NCBI GenBank assembly: GCA_963666285.1
Contig: OY762711.1
From: Sedimentisphaerales bacterium
GTDB taxonomy: Bacteria; Planctomycetota; Phycisphaerae; Sedimentisphaerales; SM23-30
Reading direction: 5' to 3' (one strand)
Length of the DNA stretch: 64,000 bases
Below are positions 1 through 8,049 of the stretch, one piece after another; position 1 is the first letter of the stretch, and every line of letters begins with the position of its first letter. A program made the position numbers and the translations under genes. The notes under the pieces were generated by a model, which did no database searches, was not told the DNA's origin, and was given only the letters and a program-made list of their open reading frames with translations.

Positions 1-720
1 TGTATCTGCTATATACAACCAACCTGTCGACTTATCAATGTATAAACCGTGTAGGTTGTCAAACTGACCTGGTTCTGAACCCTCGAAACCCCACATTGTT
101 ATAAACTTTCCGGAACTGTCAAAAACCTGTATCCGGTCATTCCCTATTTCGGAGACAAATATATTGTCATTTTTATCTATCGCTATACCAGCTGGTGCCT
201 TAAACTCGCCCGGATCGGAGCCAATATTGCCCCAATGCCTTAACAGCTTACCATCCGCTGAAAATACCTGAATACGATCATTCTTTAGGTCTGATACAAA
301 TATCTCACCCTTACTATTGGCTTTGGCAGCTTCTGGGTTATTTACCTTGCCAGGTTTTGAACCTAAACGACTGAATAGGTATAGAAAGTTTCCTTCTAAA
401 TCAAATACATTTATTCGATGATTACCGGCTTCCGGCATAAACAACTTACCTTCGTAGATGCTCATAAACTCTGATTTTATATTCTCCCCCGGAGCTTCAC
501 CATAATCACTGAAGGTTTTTATCCATTCATAATTTTTATTATAAACCTTGACATAACCGGTATTATAATCTGCTACATAAATATCGCCTTTGGGGCTTAC
601 TGCTATTCCTTCCGAACCAAACGTCATTAAATATTCATAATATGGATTATCCTCGGCTTTCACTATTCGCGGAACTATTACTGCCGCAAGAACCAATATT
701 ACCAATAATTTCCTATTCAT
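1..720 (-). CDS. NHL-repeat beta-propeller secreted protein (3' end runs off the window)
   Basis: Not in the ORF track. Manual translation from ATG at 720 (CAGGAG RBS upstream): MNRKLLVILVLAAVIVP...GIAVSPKGDIYVADY...PAGIAIDKNDNIFVSEIGNDRIQVFD, i.e. repeated NHL motifs after a signal peptide; open to position 1. Confidence 0.9.
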   Translation of the reverse strand, partial: MNRKLLVILVLAAVIVPRIVKAEDNPYYEYLMTFGSEGIAVSPKGDIYVADYNTGYVKVYNKNYEWIKTFSDYGEAPGENIKSEFMSIYEGKLFMPEAGNHRINVFDLEGNFLYLFSRLGSKPGKVNNPEAAKANSKGEIFVSDLKNDRIQVFSADGKLLRHWGNIGSDPGEFKAPAGIAIDKNDNIFVSEIGNDRIQVFDSSGKFITMWGFEGSEPGQFDNLHGLYIDKSTGWLYIADT

Positions 721-952
721 TTTCACGTCTCCTGTATTACTGTAACAGTTTCTTAGCTGACTCTGATTTCCTCATAACCGCTGCCTTTTATATTCACAAA
801 CTTGATATCTGACATAAATATATATTTAGTCAAAGTAACAGATTTTACAATGTGTTTTACCATAACACATTGTAAGAGAATTCTTTATATTGTAAATAAA
901 ACTAGCCTGCCGCTTTGCGGCAATCCTTGCCTAATACCAAATACCTAACCAC

Positions 953-1132
953 TAGAGCACTTTAATATTTTCTGTTCCGATTTATGCCTCTGTGAGGATG
1001 GGGCTGACAAAGAAGAAAACACAGTAATATTCATATATTGCGAGTATTTCTGATGTAGTCAGCCGAAACCGCAACAGGCAAAAAGCGAACACGCCACAAA
1101 GTGATACGAAGCATAAAAATTAAATTGCTCTA
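953..1132. mobile_element. MITE-like palindromic element (~180 bp)
   Basis: Imperfect terminal inverted repeats TAGAGCACTTTTAATATTTTCTGTTCCG / CGAAGCATAAAAATTAAATTGCTCTA; internal hairpin GGCTGAC...GTCAGCC; no ORF. Confidence 0.7.
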
Positions 1133-1138
1133 ATACCT

Positions 1139-1165
1139 CTCAAACTGGCGATCGGTCTGTTTGAG
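1139..1165. repeat. REP-like palindrome, copy 1
   Basis: CTCAAACTGGCGATCGGTCTGTTTGAG; near-identical copy at 3378-3404. Confidence 0.8.
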
Positions 1166-1721
1166 TAAATTTAGTCATTTTATGTTATCGTCAAATTGAA
1201 ATGAAACTGAAACAGAATCCACAATACCAAAATCACTTCATGCTAAATGCTGCAACTACATATTTAACCAACACTTATAAAGCTGTCAAAGTTATATTTT
1301 TTCCCTTTTAGATCATTTAGTCCAATAACCACAAATAGTATATCATTAAACCTTTCTGCTTCGCAAAATATCGGCATGAGAATTAATCTTCAATTCACTG
1401 AGCAATAATTAAGCGGCAGAATTTAAAACCATCTCGCACATCAACACAATATTCTATAAAATTCCCGACTCTATTAAACTTCCGACTTTTCCGCCGGTGA
1501 AAATACTCGGTATTAGCCGATTAACAAAGAATGCCGCAACGCGGAAACCATCCCCATGAAACGCGTTACATAACCCCTATAATTCTCCTTTTGGTTTAGA
1601 CATTACATTACTCAAAGTGACCGATTTTACACTTTTTATTGCTGTAACACAATTTAATGCAAATTGTTACATTAATGATTTAATTAGCTTGCCGCTTTAC
1701 GGCAAACATTCCCTAATACCT

Positions 1722-3368
1722 AACCCGGACAAGCCGGAACCAAACAGGTTTTTATAATTATATTTACGCTGCATAAGAATTCCACGATAATGTATCAGAA
1801 TTATTATGCAGAACTTTATTGAACGACATTTTAACAAAATTAAGGGAGTTACCTCCTGTTTTGACCGTGTCATATTTACTGGTACAATACCGGGAATATG
1901 TTTTGCCGATGGAATGACTGTGCATTTGCGTAAACACAACATTCGAATATTTGATTTCACTAAATGGGCTGAACCTTTGCGTGACCTCATTAATGAAAAC
2001 GCCAAAGTTGTTGCATCTGACAATGGTCTTGAGATAGAATTTATTCGTAAAAAGAATTTCCGCAAAGAGAAAGTTATTAAACAGATAATTGACCAAAGAG
2101 GTAATCACCCTGGGCTGGTACATATTTTCTCGGCTATGGAAACCTGCAGCAGCTATGAACCATGGCATAACAAACAAACCGGAAAAACTTATATTAGAGG
2201 TTCTCAGGGAAGGTGTTTGCATTATTATTTCTATTTTATTGATAAAGCATTGGGGCTCTGCTATTTGAGAGTACCAACCTGGGCTCCGTTCCGATTGCAA
2301 TTGTACTTTAACGGTCATAATCAACTGGCTGCTAAATTGAAAAGTAAAAATATCGATTACACCATGCTTGACAATGTTTTTATTGATATCGAAGATTTCG
2401 ACAAGGCCCAAAAGCTCAGTGACAGCCTTAGCGTCAACCAGCTTCATCGCATTATTGAAAAATATGCTACTACTTATTGTCCTGTAATTACAGAGCTTAA
2501 GGAAAATTTCCACTGGAGTATAATGCAGGCGGAATATGCTACAGACATTGTTTTCAAAAAACAATCTGACCTGACCTGTATATATGAGGAATTGACCAGA
2601 ACAGCTATTCATTCGGTTAAGGCTGATAATATCGCCACCTTCCTGGGAAGAAAGTTGTATACCAGCTATGAAGGTGAAATGGGCAATGACTTTAGCACCA
2701 GAATTGAAGGCACACGGATAAAACATCACATGGGGCCGGCTTCTGTCAAAATGTACGATAAGCATAAGCTTGTTCTGCGAATTGAGACAACAGTTAATGA
2801 TGTCAGCTTTTTCAAACACTACCGCAAGGTGGAACATCGCGACGGCACAACGAGCATGAAGCAGGCTCCGTTGCGTAAAAGTATTTATTCCTTTCCGGTT
2901 CTCACCGACCTGCTTGCCGCTTCTAATAGAAGATATATTGACTTTATCTCGGCTATTGATGACCCTACCTCTGCTAATAAGGATATTGATAAAATCTCCA
3001 GAGCTAAAAAGAAAAACGGTCGCAGTTTCAAAGGGTTTAATCTGTTCAACAAAGATGACCTTAAACTGATGCAAACTGTGTTGAGAGGAGAATTTAATAT
3101 CAATGGCTTTACCAGCAAACTTTTGAGAAAACACATGGGTAATAAAACCCCTAATCAGGTCTCCAGGATGCTCAAAAGACTCCGAATACATGGCCTGATT
3201 AAGAAAATCGGAAAAACGTACAAATACTATCTGACCAAAATGGGAAGAAGAGTTATTACCGCTGCTTTGAAAGCAAAGGAAATGCTCCTTATCCCTTTGC
3301 TCAGAGGTAATTTGAACTAATTGTAATAATTTCTTTGCCATTTTGCGCAAAATTTTATTGGTAAGATA
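1722..3368 (+). mobile_element. IS-like element without terminal inverted repeats, putatively rolling-circle
   Basis: Flanked by CTAATACCT at 1713-1721 and 3369-3377; interrupts a cassette also present at 903-1167; CCGG-ACAAG-CCGG hairpin at the left end and ATTTTGCGCAAAAT palindrome (3340-3353) near the right end; single long gene. Confidence 0.7.
1806..3320 (+). CDS. Putative transposase with Rep_trans-like motifs and C-terminal winged HTH
   Basis: 504 aa; QAEYATD, VKMYDK and LRIE motifs; basic wHTH-like tail (QVSRMLKRLRIHGLIKKIGKTYKYYLT). Confidence 0.7.
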   Translation: MQNFIERHFNKIKGVTSCFDRVIFTGTIPGICFADGMTVHLRKHNIRIFDFTKWAEPLRDLINENAKVVASDNGLEIEFIRKKNFRKEKVIKQIIDQRGNHPGLVHIFSAMETCSSYEPWHNKQTGKTYIRGSQGRCLHYYFYFIDKALGLCYLRVPTWAPFRLQLYFNGHNQLAAKLKSKNIDYTMLDNVFIDIEDFDKAQKLSDSLSVNQLHRIIEKYATTYCPVITELKENFHWSIMQAEYATDIVFKKQSDLTCIYEELTRTAIHSVKADNIATFLGRKLYTSYEGEMGNDFSTRIEGTRIKHHMGPASVKMYDKHKLVLRIETTVNDVSFFKHYRKVEHRDGTTSMKQAPLRKSIYSFPVLTDLLAASNRRYIDFISAIDDPTSANKDIDKISRAKKKNGRSFKGFNLFNKDDLKLMQTVLRGEFNINGFTSKLLRKHMGNKTPNQVSRMLKRLRIHGLIKKIGKTYKYYLTKMGRRVITAALKAKEMLLIPLLRGNLN

Positions 3369-3377
3369 CTAATACCT

Positions 3378-3404
3378 CTCAAACTGGCCATCGGTCAGTT
3401 TGAG
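3378..3404. repeat. REP-like palindrome, copy 2
   Basis: CTCAAACTGGCCATCGGTCAGTTTGAG; lies just after the stop of the minus-strand 61-aa ORF. Confidence 0.8.
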
Positions 3405-3408
3405 TACA

Positions 3409-3594
3409 TTACATTTTCTTATCCTGCTGTTCTTTCCAAACCTGCTGAGCTTCGCTGTACAACTCCAGCATATCAGCCTCAGAGCTGCCGAATTTCTCGC
3501 ACAGCTCTCCCAGCATATTATAATGCGAACCATTAAAGTAACGACTGTCACTCAACATCTGCACCAACTGCTCGATTATTCGCTTTTTGTCCAT
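3409..3594 (-). CDS. Small hypothetical protein (61 aa)
   Basis: ATG with GAGG RBS, helical acidic composition, co-oriented about 50 nt behind the extended lipoprotein gene. Confidence 0.55.
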   Translation of the reverse strand: MDKKRIIEQLVQMLSDSRYFNGSHYNMLGELCEKFGSSEADMLELYSEAQQVWKEQQDKKM

Positions 3595-3643
3595 CGCTGC
3601 CTCTAACTATAATTACTGGCATAGATACACAAATTCAACCGAC

Positions 3644-5137
3644 TTAGTTCAGTTTTATAGTCTTCTTAACTTCCAGCTCACCGGACAGCGGACCGGTCTC
3701 CTGCGTCAAAGTTACTGTATATGTTCCGGCTTCTGGTCCTCGCCACGAGAACCCGCAAAGTCCGCTTCAACCATACTCCATATCTTGATCCACAAGGGAA
3801 TCACCCTTTGAATCTGTTATCACCAGGTGAGCACTCAGCCTTTCGTATCTGGCCTTGTTATTTTCGTCCAGGTACTTCTTCCTGAAACCGCTATACTTCT
3901 CTCCGCTGCTGCCGACAAAGCTTGCATCAATAATCAGGGTACTATCCTTACTAAACTCTGTTTTAGATTTTTTATCACCTTTCTCCGTCACCAGTATATC
4001 CGCTTTTATACCGCCAACCTCTATAACCGTAGGATTATCTTTTGCAATAGTTATAGTATCTGCATCACGGAAAGACGCCATAAACTCTTTCAATTCACTC
4101 TCTCCGTATGACATCGAACCATAAACTAAACGATAATCGCCAACCGGTATCGCTGACATTTCCTTGCCGATAATCATCGACAAAGTTGGGTCATTTTTAC
4201 CTTCGATCAATGTATATGTCAGATCACACAATATTGCATCTTTATCTTTCACTTTACAGGTGAAACTATTCACCGCACTCTTATCCTCTGCCAGGACGGC
4301 TTTCATTTCAATATCAGACACCCGATCCAGCCTGAACCTGTAATAGCTGTCATCAATCTTTAGTAGCGAACTCAACCGTGTCGCCGGCAGAAACGGCTTC
4401 TCTGCAATTCCTTCTTCTTCTACCAGCGTAAAATAACTCGAACCGTATACGGCATAACTCTGCTTATATACATTGAAAGGCACCATCATCTTATAAGACT
4501 TGCCTTTGAAAACCAGATCGCCTTCAAACTGACAAACTGACGAACACCGAACCTTGAATTGGCCATCTTTCATAAACGGACACACCAGCAGCTTCAGCGG
4601 TAACGTTTCTCCATATTCTCCAGTTATACGGAAATCAGGCGTGATAAAGCTGCCGTAGTCGCCAAAACGATTGGCAATATTTTCGTCCATCTCGAATCGT
4701 TCACCTTCATCCAGCTCGTTATCCCTGTCCAGATCAAGATACAAACCCAATACATCGGTATCTTTATATTCCAGCGCAGCATAGTTTTTTTTCCCCAGCA
4801 CCGTACTCGAAAATACAAAAAGGCTGTTATCACCGGCTTTCTCCTCGGCCGACTTTATAAATAATGTCTCGACCTTTTTTTCCGGCTCTTTTGACGAATA
4901 CCACCTAAACCTGCCGGGCCATTCATCTTCGTTACCGTTACAGCTGCGATATTCCAGCTTTACCGAGATCGGCTCACCCAGTTCCAACCCGCTCCAGTCC
5001 GGTTCCGGCCTTTTTTCCTGCTTGACGCTTTTGGACGGCTCTGACACCCCATTATCAGCATCTTTTTCGCATCCGGAGCATAATAATGCTCCCAGAACCA
5101 GCGGTATAATAATAACTTGCCAATATCTTTTTTTCAT
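3644..5137 (-). CDS. Lipoprotein, putative selenoprotein (in-frame UGA at 3767-3769)
   Basis: Lipobox LLCSGC. The ORF track stops at TGA 3767, but the frame continues 40 codons (SGLCGFSWRGPEAGTYTVTLTQETGPLSGELEVKKTIKLN) to TAA at 3644-3646. Confidence 0.75.
3735..3753 (-). promoter_or_regulatory. Candidate bacterial SECIS hairpin
   Basis: GGUUCUCG-UGG-CGAGGACC, 8-bp stem with G-containing loop, starting 13 nt after the UGA. Confidence 0.6.
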
Positions 5138-5244
5138 ATCTTAACCTTGCTCTTGTACTTATATCAATATCGTTGTCATTTTCAACTGATAAATTTATTC
5201 TACCCCAAAAATATCATTTGGCAAACATATTCTAACTCTATAGC

Positions 5245-5325
5245 AGTTTACTTACGCAGTTTTTAAGTTGCAATAACGAAGTGCCTCTGGTAAATCGCCT
5301 AAAAGGGACTTCCTACAACGCTTTT
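5245..5325 (-). repeat. Dispersed intergenic repeat family A, copy
   Basis: Reverse complement aligns with 34630-34710 (TTTTAGGCG..ACCA.AGGCACTTCGTTATTGCA.CTTAAAA.CTGCG.AAGT) and 19712-19776. Confidence 0.8.
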
Positions 5326-5548
5326 GGTAACCTGAAAATTCATTTCCAGAGGTGCCCTATAGTTTCACATGTAATTTATTAAAAAAACAATACGGCGGCT
5401 CTCAAACTGTAAGCTATTGACATATAACACTTTATGTCTTGGCAAGTCTTTTTGATAGGTCAGTGTGAAATATTTTTTTATTTTTTAGGTCAAAAAACAA
5501 GTCTTTAATTGTTTTCATATATGTAGTCTAAAGCTAATTATATAAGAG

Positions 5549-6091
5549 ATGAATGTAAAACAGGACAATTTTGATAATAGCCCGGAAGAGAGGCATAAAA
5601 TCTTCTTCCAGTTATATGCCAACTATCAGAACCGATTGTTGGGCTATTTGTACATGATGCTTCACAATGAGAATGATGCTGAAGATATTCTTCAGGAAAC
5701 AGCTGCTACTCTATGGGAGCAATTTGACACTTTCGAGCCCGGGACAAACTTTTCTGCTTGGGCCACTCGGATCGCCCGTAACAAGGCACTCAACTTTTTA
5801 AAGAAAAATTCCCGGTCACGTGTTCACTTCGGCGACGATTTTTATGATAGAATCGCAGCTATCGAAGTTGAAAATGACCAGGCTCTTTCCGAGAGAAGTC
5901 AGGCTTTGAAAAAATGCCTGAAAAAACTCAGCAAAACCGATATGGAACTTTTATCTGTCAGGTATATCAAAGGATCACCTATGAAAACAATCGCCGAGAC
6001 ATTCGGCAGGTCAAAAACCGGCATATACCACTCTATGGCACGAATACACAATTTATTACACAGCTGCATTGAAAGAAGTCTACAGAGCTGA
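5549..6091 (+). CDS. ECF sigma-70 factor (planctomycete/verrucomicrobial type)
   Basis: Region 2 DAEDILQET...FSAWATRIARN; region 4 HTH; followed by a FecR-type gene. Confidence 0.92.
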   Translation: MNVKQDNFDNSPEERHKIFFQLYANYQNRLLGYLYMMLHNENDAEDILQETAATLWEQFDTFEPGTNFSAWATRIARNKALNFLKKNSRSRVHFGDDFYDRIAAIEVENDQALSERSQALKKCLKKLSKTDMELLSVRYIKGSPMKTIAETFGRSKTGIYHSMARIHNLLHSCIERSLQS

Positions 6092-6113
6092 TCCCATTGC
6101 TCCAAAAATACAC

Positions 6114-7835
6114 ATGCTAAATGACAAAGATAAAAATGAATTAAGCCTGCTGATAATTGAGTTGCTTGACGGCACTATCAGCGATGAGCGATTATCAAAA
6201 CTTGATGATTGGCTCAGGCATTCTACTGCTGCTTTTGATTATTACTGCAGCTATACCCGCAACCTCATGGTATTAAAACATCAGCTGCAGCTTTCTGATA
6301 TCAGCGAAAATGGCTCTGTTGGTGAAAATATTCTCCAGTCGCTTGCCAGAAACGAACAGGACGCCCCGGAAATTATCTTAGAAAAAATCGATAATACTCC
6401 CATCCCCCAGGCAAAAGCTATAGACAATACCCAGACCTGTCCAAATAAGTTCTATCGTTTATACAGCAGGATTATTTCTATTGCTGCGGTATTGATGATT
6501 GTATTCATTGTTTACGCCAACTTGTTTCCGCCGCAGTATATCACGCCAATAGCCAAAGTCATAGACCAGGTAGATGCCCAGTGGTCACAGGATATAGAAC
6601 CTCTCAATAATGGTGACCGCATCTATACCAACCAGCCTACATATAAGCTAAAATCTGGTATTGTAAAGATATTGTACGACTACGGTGCCGAGGTTCTTAT
6701 CGAAGGCCCCGCTGAGTTTAAGCCGGTTGACGCTGAAAAGATGATACTCGATTCTGGACGTATTTATGTTAGTGTTCCACCTCACGCCGCCGGTTTTACC
6801 GCCGTTACACCCACAGGTACAATTATTGACCTGGGCACCGAATTCGGTGTCAGTGTTGCCTACGATGGCAGTACCGATGTTCACATGTTCAAAGGTAAAG
6901 CATCTGTCATCCCCGGCATGTCCGGCCAAAAAGAAAAAGGGCTGCTTATCACTGCCGGCCAGGCCAAAAATGTAGATCGTACAGGCGATGTAGCTGATAT
7001 ACAGGTAAATACCAACGAGTTTATCGATCCTGAATTATTTAGGGCCTTAAGCAAAGTAGATAAAAATTCACCATATTATCGCTGGCTGGTGTACAGTATA
7101 AATCTCAGACGTGACCCATCACTCGTAGCATATTATACCTTCGATAAAAATGATTCATATCCTGATATCCTTGAAAATAAAGCTTCTTTAACCGGCGGCA
7201 GAATAAACGGCAAACTTTATAGTGCCGCCGATGGTAAATTGCCAGCTTGGGTAGAGGGCAGATGGCCCCAGAAATCCGCTCTTAGCTTTAACCGTTCTGA
7301 GCATCAGGTAGTTACTGTCCCCGGTATTCCAGAGCTCTGTATCGATGGACCAATTACAATAGCAGCCTGGGTCAGATGTGACACACCTCAAGATGGCGGG
7401 CATATCGTCTCCTGTAGACAGAATATCGGCAACAAAACTGGTAATTTCCAGTTTGGTTTCAAATCACCTAAGGTGCAAGATTCTGCATGGCCCGGCAAAA
7501 TGCAACTGGGGCGAATGGAATGTTACGGTGCTACCGCTTCGGTAGGAGATAGAGTATATAGCAACCGAACATTTTTACCATCTTCTAATTGGCGTTTTAT
7601 AGCTGCTACTCACGACAATCATACTGCCAAATTTTACGTTGATGGCAAGATGATTGAATGTCTTGATTTTAATTATCATAAAGCATCTGTAGCTGCTGAT
7701 CTGGTAATTGGTGCTGATGATATTATGGGTGATCCATTACGCTTCACCGGTGAGATGGATGAATTGATGATATTCAATTCTGTAATTAACGAAAAAGAAA
7801 TAAGTGAAATTTACAAGGCCGGAAGGCCTTTTTAA
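6114..7835 (+). CDS. FecR-domain anti-sigma factor with C-terminal LamG-like domain
   Basis: One TM helix, FecR motif (IIDLGTEFGV...DVHMFKG), LamG motifs (ITIAAWV, WRFIAATHD, FTGEMDELMIFN); start taken at ATG 6114. Confidence 0.88.
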   Translation: MLNDKDKNELSLLIIELLDGTISDERLSKLDDWLRHSTAAFDYYCSYTRNLMVLKHQLQLSDISENGSVGENILQSLARNEQDAPEIILEKIDNTPIPQAKAIDNTQTCPNKFYRLYSRIISIAAVLMIVFIVYANLFPPQYITPIAKVIDQVDAQWSQDIEPLNNGDRIYTNQPTYKLKSGIVKILYDYGAEVLIEGPAEFKPVDAEKMILDSGRIYVSVPPHAAGFTAVTPTGTIIDLGTEFGVSVAYDGSTDVHMFKGKASVIPGMSGQKEKGLLITAGQAKNVDRTGDVADIQVNTNEFIDPELFRALSKVDKNSPYYRWLVYSINLRRDPSLVAYYTFDKNDSYPDILENKASLTGGRINGKLYSAADGKLPAWVEGRWPQKSALSFNRSEHQVVTVPGIPELCIDGPITIAAWVRCDTPQDGGHIVSCRQNIGNKTGNFQFGFKSPKVQDSAWPGKMQLGRMECYGATASVGDRVYSNRTFLPSSNWRFIAATHDNHTAKFYVDGKMIECLDFNYHKASVAADLVIGADDIMGDPLRFTGEMDELMIFNSVINEKEISEIYKAGRPF

Positions 7836-8049
7836 CAGTTTTTCTGGTATCTATACCCTCTTAATAATAGTTTTAGTGGAATAAGTTTTATTTGGGAGGT
7901 GAAATCAAAAACGTTATAATAATATTGTTTCAATGGTTTTTATGGAATAAGTAATTTGCTGTCTTTCAGCAATAGTATAATAGTGTGAATAATGCTATTT
8001 AGAGGTCTAAATCTTTTTTAAGTAATTTCTTTTTTTGGAGGTTTAATTG

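Noticed and set aside
1380..1600. Minus-strand gene after a strong AAGGAG RBS
   Set aside because: The ATG is followed at once by TAA and all frames are short; at most a decayed remnant.
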